The notes under the pieces were generated by a model. That model did no database searches and had not been told where the DNA came from. It saw only the letters and a list, made by a program, of their open reading frames with translations. 64,000 bases of DNA from an uncultured Actinomycetes bacterium (GTDB lineage Bacteria; Actinomycetota; Thermoleophilia; Gaiellales; JALYLC01): assembly GCA_963743275.1 (NCBI GenBank), contig CAVUPB010000001.1:7776-71775 (forward strand), written 5' to 3'. A program made the translations under genes and the position numbers. Below are positions 9,619-19,246 of this stretch, piece by piece. Position 1 is the stretch's first letter. The number at the start of each line of letters is the position of its first letter.

Positions 9619-10778
9619 CACGCGGCTCCCGCGGCCCACTCGGCCTTGGCGGCGCAGTTGTTGGCGCCGACCTCGAGGCGCGCGGCCGCGTCTGCGTCGA
9701 GCGCGTCGCCGAGATTGACGGAGATGATGTCGAGGTAGTTCGCCGGTCGTGGTGGCATCGCGGCGAGCACCTGCCGCACGAACGCGTCCTCGCCGAGTGC
9801 GAGCTCGCGGACGGCCGCGCGGACCTCGCCGAGCGCCGGCGCGAGCGGCCCGTCGAGGCGACCGCCCGCGTAGTGGCACGGCAGCAACAGCGCGCTGTCG
9901 GGCAACGGGGCGATGCGCTCGCGCAGCGTGCGATGCAACTCGCGCGCGGCGTCTTCCGCGCCCGCGTCGCCGTTCTCGAGATCGGGCCGCGCGACGGAGT
10001 CGGCAAACAGCGAGTCGCCGCCGATCAGCGCCTCCTCGCCGATCTGGACTCCGATCATGTCGCTCGTGTGGCCGGGCAGGGCCACGACCCGGACGGCCTG
10101 GCCGCCGAAGTGCAGCTTGTCGCCGTCGCCGACGGGCTCGACGTCGGACGCGTAGCGAACGCCGCGCGCCAGGGCCGCGGCGGACAGGTGCAGCGCGGCG
10201 CCTGCGCGGCTCGCGAGCTCGCGCGCGCCGGAGAGGTGGTCGGCGTGCACGTGGGTATCGAGCACGCGCACGATCCGCACGCCTCGGCGGCCGGCCTCGT
10301 CGAGGTACGGCTGCACGTCCGGAGCCGGATCGACCACGAGCGCCTCGCCGCCGGCGGCGAGCAGGTACGACAGGCAGCCGCGCGCCTCACGCCGGAACTG
10401 CGTGACCGCGATCGGGCCGCGCAGCGGTATCTCGTCGCGCTGCAGGACGCGCGACCATCCGATCACGCCGCCGCGCACGCTCCGTGCGCGCCCGCCGTGG
10501 CGCTCGAGCGCCGCCACGACGCGGCGCGAGGCGTTGCCGGCGTTGCAGATCACCCGCAGCGAACTGCCCGCCGGGACACTCGCGAGGATCTCCCCGGGAG
10601 CGGCGACGATCTCCTCCGCGGGAGCGTTGAGCATCGTCGCGCCGGCAGGGTCGACGTGCCACGCCGCGTAGCTGGCGCGATCGCGCGAGTCGACGACGAC
10701 GACCTCTGCACCGCTTCGAAGCTCCTGCTCGAACGCGGCCGGCTCGATCTCGTCGATGCTCTGGGGTGTCTCGGTCAT
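9618..10778 (-). CDS. Rhodanese - MBL-fold metallo-hydrolase fusion (persulfide-dioxygenase-like)
   Basis: ATG 10778 (MTETPQSIDEIEP...) preceded by GGAGGAG. N-terminal rhodanese (VICNAGNASRR). MBL motif LDTHVHADHLSG ... ALPGHTSD. The rest of ORF 9618..11078 upstream of this ATG is non-coding-looking. Confidence 0.85.
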   Translation of the reverse strand: MTETPQSIDEIEPAAFEQELRSGAEVVVVDSRDRASYAAWHVDPAGATMLNAPAEEIVAAPGEILASVPAGSSLRVICNAGNASRRVVAALERHGGRARSVRGGVIGWSRVLQRDEIPLRGPIAVTQFRREARGCLSYLLAAGGEALVVDPAPDVQPYLDEAGRRGVRIVRVLDTHVHADHLSGARELASRAGAALHLSAAALARGVRYASDVEPVGDGDKLHFGGQAVRVVALPGHTSDMIGVQIGEEALIGGDSLFADSVARPDLENGDAGAEDAARELHRTLRERIAPLPDSALLLPCHYAGGRLDGPLAPALGEVRAAVRELALGEDAFVRQVLAAMPPRPANYLDIISVNLGDALDADAAARLEVGANNCAAKAEWAAGAA

Positions 10779-10854
10779 GATGATCGCTCCTCCGTGGAAG
10801 GCATACACACAATACAACTGCGTGCTTTTATAGTATATTCCTGAGAGAGTCCTG

Positions 10855-11202
10855 ATGCCGACACCGCATCCCCTCCCCGAACCGCTCGTCGAGCTCGTCG
10901 CCCAGCGCTTCCGCCTGATCGGAGAGCCGATGCGCATCCGCCTGCTCGACCGCCTGCGCGACGGCGACGCCAGCGTCGGCGAGCTCGCCGACGCGCTCGA
11001 GACGTCGCAGCAGAACGTCTCCAAGCACCTCGCGACCCTGCACCAGGCCGGCATCGTCGGCCGCCGCAAGGACGGCAACCGCGTCGTCTACTCGATCGCC
11101 GACGATTCCATCTTCACGCTCTGCGAGATCGTCTGCGGCGGCCTCCAGAGCCAGTTCGCCGAGCTCGCGCAGATGCTCGAAGCGCCCGCCGCCCGGCCCT
11201 AG
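10855..11202 (+). CDS. ArsR/SmtB-family transcriptional regulator
   Basis: ORF 10855..11202: RIRLLDRLRDGDASVGELADALETSQQNVSKHLATLHQAGIVGRRKDGNRVVYSI (wHTH). Divergent from the rhodanese/MBL operon across an AT-rich 76-bp spacer. Confidence 0.9.
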   Translation: MPTPHPLPEPLVELVAQRFRLIGEPMRIRLLDRLRDGDASVGELADALETSQQNVSKHLATLHQAGIVGRRKDGNRVVYSIADDSIFTLCEIVCGGLQSQFAELAQMLEAPAARP

Positions 11203-11219
11203 CGCGACGCGGCGGCCCG

Positions 11220-12365
11220 GTGCGCTCGCGCTACCGTGGCCGCATCCGCTCCACTCGCCTCCTCCGCCTCGCGTGGACGCTCGGCCTCGCCGTGGCCGTG
11301 TCGGCCGGACTCACGCTGATTCTCCTGGGGCACTGGGGCCGCGGGCCGCTCGCGAGCAGCGGCGCGCCGGGCGGGGCCCGCGGAGGACCCGCGATCGCCA
11401 CGGCGGGCCCGGCAGCGCCGGCGCTCTACTGGGGCGCCTGGGTCGGCGACCAGCTGACGGGCACCGAGGCGCCGTTCGACATGACCGCGACGAAGGCGTT
11501 CCAGCGCCTCGCCGGGGGCAAGGGGTTGTCGCTGATCCAGTTCTCCTCGCCGTTCGAGAACTGCTACCGGCACCCGTGCGCCCCGTACCCGTTCCCCGCG
11601 GCGGCATTCGCGAAGATCCGCCGCTACGGGGCGATACCGCTCTTCAGCTGGGGGTCGAACGCGCTGCCCGTGCGCTCGACCGCCGCTCGCTTTGCGCTCG
11701 CACGGGTCGTCCGCGGCGATTTCGACGCCTACATGACGACCTGGGCGCGGGCGGCCGCGCGCTGGGGCCACCCGTTCTTCCTGCGCTTCGACTGGGAGAT
11801 GAACGGCAAGTGGTTCCCGTGGGGCTGGGCTGCGAACGGCAATCGTCCCGGCGACTTCATCCGCGCCTGGCAGCACGTCCACCGGATCTTCACGGCGGCC
11901 GGAGCGGCGAACGCGACCTGGGTCTGGTGCCCGAACGTCGACCCCGCCGGGGTGTTCGGGCCGCTGGGCGCGCTCTATCCGGGGAGCGCCTACGTCGACT
12001 GGACCTGCGTCGACGCCTACAACCGCAACGCGCCCTGGACGAGCTTCGACGACCTCTTCGGCGCGTCGTACGCGGCGATCGCGCGCCTCGCTCCGGCCAA
12101 GCCGATGCTGATCGCCGAGATCGGCTCGACCGAGCGCGGCGGCTCCAAGGCGGCGTGGATCACCGCCCTGCTGGGCGACCTCTCGGGCAGGTACCCGCTC
12201 GTGCGCGGCCTCGCCTGGTTCGAGAAGTACGGATCGGGCTTCGACTGGCCGATCGAGACGTCGAAGGCGTCGCAGCGGGCGTTCGCGCGCGGCATCGCCT
12301 CGCCGCTCTACCGGGCGAACGCGTTCGGGGCCATCGAGGGCGGACCGGTCCGTCCCCCGAAATAG
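11220..12365 (+). CDS. Glycoside hydrolase family 26-like protein (paralogue of 1308..2369)
   Basis: ORF 11220..12365 (GTG start). N-terminal TM (LLRLAWTLGLAVAVSAGLTLILL). GHPFFLRFDWEMNGKWFPW block. Collinear with the first GH26 copy. Confidence 0.8.
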   Translation: MRSRYRGRIRSTRLLRLAWTLGLAVAVSAGLTLILLGHWGRGPLASSGAPGGARGGPAIATAGPAAPALYWGAWVGDQLTGTEAPFDMTATKAFQRLAGGKGLSLIQFSSPFENCYRHPCAPYPFPAAAFAKIRRYGAIPLFSWGSNALPVRSTAARFALARVVRGDFDAYMTTWARAAARWGHPFFLRFDWEMNGKWFPWGWAANGNRPGDFIRAWQHVHRIFTAAGAANATWVWCPNVDPAGVFGPLGALYPGSAYVDWTCVDAYNRNAPWTSFDDLFGASYAAIARLAPAKPMLIAEIGSTERGGSKAAWITALLGDLSGRYPLVRGLAWFEKYGSGFDWPIETSKASQRAFARGIASPLYRANAFGAIEGGPVRPPK

Positions 12366-12399
12366 GGGAATTCGCCTACGCCCCTACAGCAAAACGGGG

Positions 12400-13293
12400 A
12401 TGCCGCTGCGCGCACTCCGTCCGATGCTGAGAGTGATGTCCATGCCATCCCACAGCCCGGAGGAGAAGCGGCGCGCGACCGCCTTCGTCCCGCCGCCGCT
12501 CGGCTGGCCGCCGAGGTCCGAACGGGACGACCACCTGCTCGATGCCATGCTCACGCGCGAGAGCGACCCGGTGAGCCAGTTCGAGTACGAGCGCAGGCGC
12601 AACAGCCGGCCGACGGTGAGCGTCATCATCCCGACGCTCAACGAGGAGGCGAATCTCCGCCACGTCCTGCCGCGCATCAGCCCGTGGATCGACGAGGTCG
12701 TGATCGTCGACGGCCGCTCGACCGACCGCACGCTGGACGTGGCGCGCCACCTGCTGCCGGATGTCCAGATCGTGCACCAGAAGGGCAAGGGCAAGGGCGA
12801 TGCGCTGCGGGCCGGCTTCGCGGCCGCGCGCGGCGACCTCGTGATCATGCTCGACGCCGACGGCTCGACGGATCCGCGCGAGATCCCCGCGTTCGTGGGT
12901 GCGCTCGCGGCCGGCGCCGACTTCGTCAAGGGCTCGCGCTTCACGCAGGGCGCGGGGACGGCCGACATGCCGTTGTTCCGGCGGCTCGGCAACCACGCCC
13001 TCGTGCTCTTCGCACGGCTGCTCTTCGGCGGCCGCTTCTCCGACCTCTGCTACGGCTACATCGCCTTCTGGAAGCGCGTCCTGCCGGTGCTCGAGCTCGA
13101 TTCCGACGGCTTCGAGATCGAGACCCAGATGACCCTCCAGGCGCTGCGCAGCGGCCTGCGCGTGGTGGAGGTGCCGAGCTACGAGCGCTCCCGCATCCAC
13201 GGCAGGGGCAACCTGCGAACGTTCCCCGACGGCTGGCGCGTGCTCAAGGCGATCGTGCGCGAGCGCCGGCGGCCGCGGCGGCGGCTGCGGTGA
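12400..13293 (+). CDS. Glycosyltransferase family 2 (Dpm/Ppm-type)
   Basis: ORF 12400..13293: VSVIIPTLNEEANL...VVIVDGRSTDRT...GKGDALRAGF...VIMLDADGS (GT2 DxD-type motifs). Confidence 0.85.
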   Translation: MPLRALRPMLRVMSMPSHSPEEKRRATAFVPPPLGWPPRSERDDHLLDAMLTRESDPVSQFEYERRRNSRPTVSVIIPTLNEEANLRHVLPRISPWIDEVVIVDGRSTDRTLDVARHLLPDVQIVHQKGKGKGDALRAGFAAARGDLVIMLDADGSTDPREIPAFVGALAAGADFVKGSRFTQGAGTADMPLFRRLGNHALVLFARLLFGGRFSDLCYGYIAFWKRVLPVLELDSDGFEIETQMTLQALRSGLRVVEVPSYERSRIHGRGNLRTFPDGWRVLKAIVRERRRPRRRLR

Positions 13294-14300
13294 GCGCCGC
13301 AGCGCACCCGCTGCCGCACCCCGCCGAGAGCGCGTCCCAGCGCCGCTCCCCGCGAGCGCAGGGCGACGTGTCCGTCGTCATCTGCGCCTTCGCCGACGAG
13401 CGCTTCGACGACCTCGCGGCCGCCGTGGGGTCGATCGAGACGCAGACGGTGCGCGCGCGCGAGACGATCGTCGTCGTCGACCACAACGCCGCGCTGGCGC
13501 AGCGCGCCCGCGAGCGCTGGCCCGGCGTCCTCGTGATCGAGAACACGGGCCGCCGCGGCGTCTCGGAGAGCCGCAACGCCGGCGTCGCGCAGGCGCAGGG
13601 CGCCATCGTCGCGTTCCTCGACGACGACGCGGTCGCGGCGCCGACCTGGCTCGCGCGCATGCTGCGCGCGTACGAGGGCGACGCGGTCATGGCGGTCGGC
13701 GGGGACATCGCCCCGCTCTGGCAGACAGGGCACCCTGCGTGGTTCCCGGACGAGTTCGGCTGGGTCGTCGGCTGCAGCTACACCGGGCTGCCCGAGCGGC
13801 CCGCACCCGTTCGCAACGTGATCGGCGCGAACATGTCGTTCCGGCGCGAGGTCTTCGACGGGATCGGCGGCTTCGACAGCTCGATCGGCCGGGTCGGCCG
13901 TGTCCCCGGCGGCTGCGACGAGACCGAGCTCTGCGTACGCGCCCGGCGGCGGTGGCCTGCCCGCGAGATCATCTACGACCCGAGCGTCAGGGTCGCGCAC
14001 CGCGTACCCGCGCGGCGCGCGGGCCTGCGCTACTTCCTGGCGCGCTGCTACGGAGAGGGGCGCTCGAAAGCGCTCGTCAGCGAGCGCGTCGGGCGGCGGG
14101 ACGCCCTCGCGACGGAGCGCGCGTACGCGACGCGCGTCCTCCCGGCGGGCGTCGTCCACGGGCTTCGCGACGCCGCCGGGGGCGACCGCTCGGGCCTCGC
14201 TCGGGCCTCGGCGATCGTCGCGGGGCTCGCCGCCACCTCCGCCGGGTTCGTCGCCGGCCGCACGAGCGAGGCGCTCTCCTCGCGCCCGAGACCGCACTGA
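13290..14300 (+). CDS. Glycosyltransferase family 2
   Basis: GTG 13290 overlaps the upstream stop (GTGA). VSVVICAFADERFDDL...IVVVDHN...SESRNAGVAQAQGAIVAFLDDDAV...NMSFRREVF. Confidence 0.8.
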   Translation: MSAAAHPLPHPAESASQRRSPRAQGDVSVVICAFADERFDDLAAAVGSIETQTVRARETIVVVDHNAALAQRARERWPGVLVIENTGRRGVSESRNAGVAQAQGAIVAFLDDDAVAAPTWLARMLRAYEGDAVMAVGGDIAPLWQTGHPAWFPDEFGWVVGCSYTGLPERPAPVRNVIGANMSFRREVFDGIGGFDSSIGRVGRVPGGCDETELCVRARRRWPAREIIYDPSVRVAHRVPARRAGLRYFLARCYGEGRSKALVSERVGRRDALATERAYATRVLPAGVVHGLRDAAGGDRSGLARASAIVAGLAATSAGFVAGRTSEALSSRPRPH

Positions 14301-14311
14301 TCCCCGGCGCG

Positions 14312-15403
14312 ATGCGCATCCTCATCGTCACCCCGAGGTTCCTCCCCTCCATCGGAGGCGTGCAGATGCACGTGGCCGAGGTCGCGCGCCGGATCGCGAA
14401 GGAGGGGCACGACGTGACCGTGCTCGCGGCCGACCGCTCGCGCCGGCCCCCGGCCGGCGAGGACTGGAACGGCGTCGCCCTGGAGCGCGTGCGGGCGTGG
14501 CCGCGCCACGGCGACGCCTTCTTCGCGCCCGGCATCTGGCGCCGCGTCCGGCATGGCGGCTGGGACATCGTCCACGTGCAGTCGTACCAGACGCTCGTCG
14601 CCCCGATCGCAATGGCGGCGGCGCGCTCGGCGCGCATCCCCTACGTCGTGACGTTCCACGCCGGCGGGCACTCCTCGCGCCTGCGCAGCGCGCTCGGCGG
14701 ACTCCAGCTCGCGCTGCTCCGGCCGCTGCTGGCCCGGGCGGCCCGCCTCGTCGTGCTCACCGAGAGCGAGACCGAGACCTACTCGCGCCGCCTGCGGCTG
14801 CCGCGCGAGCGCTTCGTGCTCATCCCGAACGGCTCCGACCTGCCGGCGCCGCGCGGCCCGCGCCCTCCGCGCCCGGACGCGGCACGGCTGATCGCGTCGA
14901 TCGGCCGGCTCGAGCGCTACAAGGGCCATCAGCACGTGATCGGCGCGCTGCCCGGCATCCTGCGCGAGCGGCCCGAGACGCGTCTGTGGATCGCCGGCGC
15001 GGGCCCCGAGCACGACCGCCTCGCGGCGCTCGCGACGCGCCTCGGCGTGGGCGCGCGGACCGAGATCCGCGCCGTGCCGGCCGAGCAGCGCGCACAGATG
15101 GCCGACGAGCTCGCGGGCGTCGACGTGGCCGTGCTCGCGAGCGAGTTCGAGACGCAGCCGATCGCCGCCCTCGAGGCGGCCTCGCTCGGCTGCCGGCTCG
15201 TCGTCGCGGATTCGCCCGGGCTGCGCGAGCTCGGCGAGCAGGGCCTCGCCCGCGTCGTGGCGCACCCCGCGGACGCCGCGGAGCTCGCGCGCGCCGTGCT
15301 CGCCGAACTGGACGGACCGCGCACGCCGCGGCCCACCGGCCTCGTCACGTGGGACGACTGCGCGGCCCGCCTGTGCGCGCTCTACGCGTCGGCAGCGGGC
15401 TAG
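14312..15403 (+). CDS. Glycosyltransferase family 4
   Basis: ATG 14312 inside ORF 13739..15403: MRILIVTPRFLPSIGGVQMHVAEVARRIAKEGHDVTVL ... ASEFETQPIAALEAASLGCRLV (GT4 E-x7-E-type region). Confidence 0.85.
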   Translation: MRILIVTPRFLPSIGGVQMHVAEVARRIAKEGHDVTVLAADRSRRPPAGEDWNGVALERVRAWPRHGDAFFAPGIWRRVRHGGWDIVHVQSYQTLVAPIAMAAARSARIPYVVTFHAGGHSSRLRSALGGLQLALLRPLLARAARLVVLTESETETYSRRLRLPRERFVLIPNGSDLPAPRGPRPPRPDAARLIASIGRLERYKGHQHVIGALPGILRERPETRLWIAGAGPEHDRLAALATRLGVGARTEIRAVPAEQRAQMADELAGVDVAVLASEFETQPIAALEAASLGCRLVVADSPGLRELGEQGLARVVAHPADAAELARAVLAELDGPRTPRPTGLVTWDDCAARLCALYASAAG

Positions 15404-15412
15404 TGGAGGGCC

Positions 15413-16651
15413 ATGAAGATCCTCATGCTCGCCCAGTTCTTCCGCCCCGTCATCGGCGGTGAGGAGCGCTCCGCCGAAGATCTCGCAACGGCGCTCGCAG
15501 CGCGCGGCCACGACGTGGCGGTGGCCACGCTGCGGGTGCCCGGCACGCCGGCCTACGAGGAGGCGCGCGGACTGCGGATCCACCGGCTCGACAGCCTCGC
15601 CGGCCGGCTCGGCTGGCTGTTCGCGGAGCGCGAGCGCCGCCACGTCGCGCCCTTCCCCGACCCGGGGCTCGTCGCGGGCCTCCGCCGCGTGCTGCGCGAG
15701 GAGCGCCCCGACGTCGTGCACGCCCACAACTGGATCGCTCATTCCTGGCTGCCGCTCGCGCCCCGCGCCGGCGCGCCCCTCGTGCTCTCCCTGCACGACT
15801 ACAGCCTCGTGTGCGCGACGAAGCGGCTGATCCGCTTCGGCGCGGTCTGCGACGGCCCGGCGCCGGCGAAGTGCCTGCGCTGCGCGGCGCACCACTACGG
15901 CGCGGCGAAGGGGACGCTCATCGCGGGCGCGCTCCAGGCGACCGCGCCGCTCATGCGCCGGGCCGTCGACATGTACCTGCCCGTCAGCGCCACCGTCGCC
16001 GAGCGGCTCGCGCTCGCGCGCCGCGGCCTGCCGTTCGAGGTGATCCCCAACCTGCTGCCCGCGACGGACGAGCCCGCGCTCGCGGCGGGCGATCGCGCGC
16101 TCCTCGACCGGTTGCCCGCGGGCGACTTCGTCCTCTTCCTGGGCGACGCCGGCGCGGACAAGGGCGCGCGGATCCTCGTCGAGGCGCACGCGCGCCTCGA
16201 CCGCCCGCCTCCGCTCGTCTTCGTCGGCCGCCCGCTCGACGTCGACCGCGCAGATTCCGGGGGCGGCGTCCTGGCGCTCGGCGCGTGGCCGCACCGCGCC
16301 GCGCTCGAGGCGGTGCGGCGCTGCACGCTGCTCGTCGCGCCGTCGATCGTCCCGGAGACGTTCGGACTCGGTGTCCTCGAGGCGATGGCGCTCGGCAAGC
16401 CGGTCGTCGCATCGCGACTCGGCGGGCTCGCCGAGCTCGTCGCCGACGGCGAGACGGGGCTTCTCGTCGCTCCCGGCGATCCCGCCGCCCTGGCCGCCGC
16501 GATCGGCCGGCTGCTCGCCGACGCGCCTGCGCGCGAGGCGATGGGCCGCGCGGCGCGAGTCCGGGCCGAGCGCTATTCGGCTCCGCACGTCGTCCCGCGC
16601 GTCGAGGCCGTCTACCGCTCGCTCGTCGCGGGCCGGAGGCAGGCGGCATGA
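15413..16651 (+). CDS. Glycosyltransferase family 4
   Basis: ORF 15413..16651: MKILMLAQFFRPVIGGEERSAEDLATALAARGHDV ... PETFGLGVLEAMALGKPVVASRLGGLAELV. Confidence 0.85.
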   Translation: MKILMLAQFFRPVIGGEERSAEDLATALAARGHDVAVATLRVPGTPAYEEARGLRIHRLDSLAGRLGWLFAERERRHVAPFPDPGLVAGLRRVLREERPDVVHAHNWIAHSWLPLAPRAGAPLVLSLHDYSLVCATKRLIRFGAVCDGPAPAKCLRCAAHHYGAAKGTLIAGALQATAPLMRRAVDMYLPVSATVAERLALARRGLPFEVIPNLLPATDEPALAAGDRALLDRLPAGDFVLFLGDAGADKGARILVEAHARLDRPPPLVFVGRPLDVDRADSGGGVLALGAWPHRAALEAVRRCTLLVAPSIVPETFGLGVLEAMALGKPVVASRLGGLAELVADGETGLLVAPGDPAALAAAIGRLLADAPAREAMGRAARVRAERYSAPHVVPRVEAVYRSLVAGRRQAA

Positions 16652-18507
16652 GCGGGCTGACGCTGTCGCCGGCCGCGCGCCCGGCACCCTCGCCGCCCCG
16701 GCCCCCGGCGAGGGACGGGAACAAGCTCCTCTTCCTCACGGCGATCGGATCGGAGGGCCTGCTCGTCGTCTCGGTCGGGCTCGCGCTCTCGCGCTCGCAT
16801 CCGCAGTCGGGCTGGGCCGAGCTGCTGTTCTGGAGCGGGCTCTGCCTGATCGTCCTGCCGCCGGCGGCGCGCCTGATCGCGCCCTCCGCCGCGCGCGCCG
16901 AGCGCGCCGGCCTGTTGCTCGTGGTGGGCGTCCTCCTGTACCTCGTGAAGGTCGTGCACGACCCGTTCGGGTTCACGTACGCCGACGAGTGGGTGCACGT
17001 CTTCAACGCGCAGCAGATCGCGCAGACCGGGTCGCTCTTCAACGGGAATCCGATCCTGCCGGTGACGGCGCGCTACCCCGGCCTCGAGGGCGTCACGTCG
17101 GCGGTCGCCTCCCTCACGCACCTCAGCGGCTTCGTCTCCGGCGTCCTCGTCGTGGGCGCGGCCCGGCTCGTCTTCGTGCTCGCCCTCTTCCTGCTGTTCG
17201 AGCGGATCACCGGCTCCGCGCGGATCGCGGGCATCGCCGGTCTCGTCTACCTGACGAACCCGAACTTCCTGTTCTGGAGCGCGCAGTACTCCTACGAGTC
17301 GCTCGCGCTGCCGCTCGCGCTCTTCGCCGTCGTCGCGGTCGTCGCGACGAGGCGGCCGGCATCCACGGCGAGCCCGCCGGCGAGGATCGCCTGGGCGGTC
17401 ATCGCGTGTCTCGCGATCACCGCGACCGCGATGAGCCACCACCTCACGGCGTTCGCGCTGTGCGGATACCTCGTCGCTGCGTGCCTCGTCGCGTCGCTGC
17501 GGCGATCGACACGGCGCGAGGCGCCGTGGCTCCCGGCGGCCTTCGCGCTCGCGGCGACGGCGCTCTGGGTGCGCGCGGTCGCCCCCGGCACCGGTCACTA
17601 CCTGCTCCCGGTGCTCACGCACGCCTACCACCAGTCGGTCGCGACGCTGCTCGGCCACACGACCGGCCGCTCGCTCTTCGGCGGGGGGTCCGGCGAGCAC
17701 CTGGTCGCGCCCGCCTGGCAGCGGCTCGTCGCGCTCGCATCGGTCGCGCTGATCGCGCTCGCGCTGCCGCTGGGACTGATCGAGGTCCGCCGCCGCTTCC
17801 CGCGCAACCCGTTCGCGATCGTGCTCGCGGCCGCGGCCGTCGCCTACGTCGCCGTGATGCCGATGCGGCTCGTGCCGGCGGCCTGGGAGACGTCGAACCG
17901 CTCGTCGGAGTTCCTCTTCATCGGGATCGCGCTCACGTTCGCGCTCGCGCTGTCGCGACCCGGAATCCCGCGTCGCCTCGCGCTCCTGGCGCCGCCCGTC
18001 GCCATCGGGATCCTGCTCGTCGGCGGCACGGTCGCAGGCTGGCCGCCGCGCGTCCTCCTCTCGCTGCCCTACCGCGCAGACGCGGGCCGCGGAGCGGAGA
18101 TCGTCCCGCAGCCCGAGGCCGCGGCGGTCTGGGCGCGCACGGCGCTCGGGCCTCGCCGCCGCTTCGTCGCCCCCGAGGCCGTGGGACGGGAGCTGCTCGT
18201 GCACGGCGGCGAGACGGCGTTCGTCACCTCGGCCCCGTTCAACGCCGCCACGATCCTGTTCGAGGGGACGATGACCTCGGGGATCGTCGACGGCCTCACG
18301 GCCCAGTCGATCGGCTTCGTCGCAGAGGATCGGCTGACGGCCGGCGACGACAGCATGGCCGGGTACTTCTTCCGCAGCGCGCAGGGCACCCACCGGGTCG
18401 ATCCCGCGGCGCTCGAGAAGTTCGACGCCTATCCGGGCGTCGACCGGCTGCTCGACAGCGGCGACATCGTGATCTACGACGTGGGGGTGCTCAGTGGCAC
18501 GCCCTGA
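16648..18507 (+). CDS. Large polytopic membrane protein of the glycan locus (possible GT-C-type transferase/polymerase)
   Basis: ATG 16648 overlaps the upstream stop (ATGA). About 619 aa with more than 10 hydrophobic segments. Acidic loop motif FTYADEWVHVF after the early TM segments. Soluble C-terminal region. The functional call is inference only. Confidence 0.55.
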   Translation: MSGLTLSPAARPAPSPPRPPARDGNKLLFLTAIGSEGLLVVSVGLALSRSHPQSGWAELLFWSGLCLIVLPPAARLIAPSAARAERAGLLLVVGVLLYLVKVVHDPFGFTYADEWVHVFNAQQIAQTGSLFNGNPILPVTARYPGLEGVTSAVASLTHLSGFVSGVLVVGAARLVFVLALFLLFERITGSARIAGIAGLVYLTNPNFLFWSAQYSYESLALPLALFAVVAVVATRRPASTASPPARIAWAVIACLAITATAMSHHLTAFALCGYLVAACLVASLRRSTRREAPWLPAAFALAATALWVRAVAPGTGHYLLPVLTHAYHQSVATLLGHTTGRSLFGGGSGEHLVAPAWQRLVALASVALIALALPLGLIEVRRRFPRNPFAIVLAAAAVAYVAVMPMRLVPAAWETSNRSSEFLFIGIALTFALALSRPGIPRRLALLAPPVAIGILLVGGTVAGWPPRVLLSLPYRADAGRGAEIVPQPEAAAVWARTALGPRRRFVAPEAVGRELLVHGGETAFVTSAPFNAATILFEGTMTSGIVDGLTAQSIGFVAEDRLTAGDDSMAGYFFRSAQGTHRVDPAALEKFDAYPGVDRLLDSGDIVIYDVGVLSGTP

Positions 18508-19246
18508 CCGCGACCTCGCCGCCGCCGCCGGCGTCGCGGCGCTCGCGGCGCTCGCCGTCGCCACGACGGGCGACGCCGCCGTGCGGGCGGTCCCCGGGAT
18601 CCTGCTCGCCCTCTTCGTGCCCGGCTACGCGCTCTCGGTCGCGCTGTTCCCCGAGCGCCGGGGAGACGGCTTCGAGCGCCTGCTGCTGGCCCTGGGATCG
18701 AGCCTCGCCATCTCCGTGCTCGCGGCCGTCGCGCTCGACCAGGCGCCGGGCGGCCTGAATGCGCGCTCGTGGTGCATCGCGCTCGCGGCCGTGACGCTCG
18801 TCTCGTGCGGCGTCGGCGCGCGGCGCCGGCGGGCGCATCCGCGCCGTGCAGCGGGCGCTCCGCGCCGCATCCGCCTCGCGGCCGTCGCCCTCGCGTGCGC
18901 GGCCTGCGCACCGGTGGCGGGCGCGCTCGCGATCGCGCGGCTCCCGGCCACCGGCGTGCAGGGCTACACGCTGCTGTGGGCGCTCCCCAAGGACGAGGCG
19001 CAGGGAACCTTCACGGTCGGCGTCCGGAGCTACGAGCTCACGACGACGTCGTACGTGGTCACCGCCCGCTCCGGGACGCGCGTCGTGCTGCAGCGGCGCG
19101 TCACGCTGCGGCCGGGCGAATCCTGGTCGGCGGCCGCGACGCGCGCGCCCTCGATCGCCCGAGCGGTCGAGGTCGCGCTCGCCAAGGCCGCGCACCCGGG
19201 CAGCACGTACCGCCGCGTCCATCTCGCGCTCGGAGCGGCGGGATGA
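18494..19246 (+). CDS. Membrane protein, DUF1616-like
   Basis: ORF 18494..19246 (GTG): GILLALFVPGYALSVALFPERRG, three or more TM segments, then a beta-rich tail. Overlaps both neighbouring genes by a few nt (operonic). Confidence 0.5.
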   Translation: MARPDRDLAAAAGVAALAALAVATTGDAAVRAVPGILLALFVPGYALSVALFPERRGDGFERLLLALGSSLAISVLAAVALDQAPGGLNARSWCIALAAVTLVSCGVGARRRRAHPRRAAGAPRRIRLAAVALACAACAPVAGALAIARLPATGVQGYTLLWALPKDEAQGTFTVGVRSYELTTTSYVVTARSGTRVVLQRRVTLRPGESWSAAATRAPSIARAVEVALAKAAHPGSTYRRVHLALGAAG

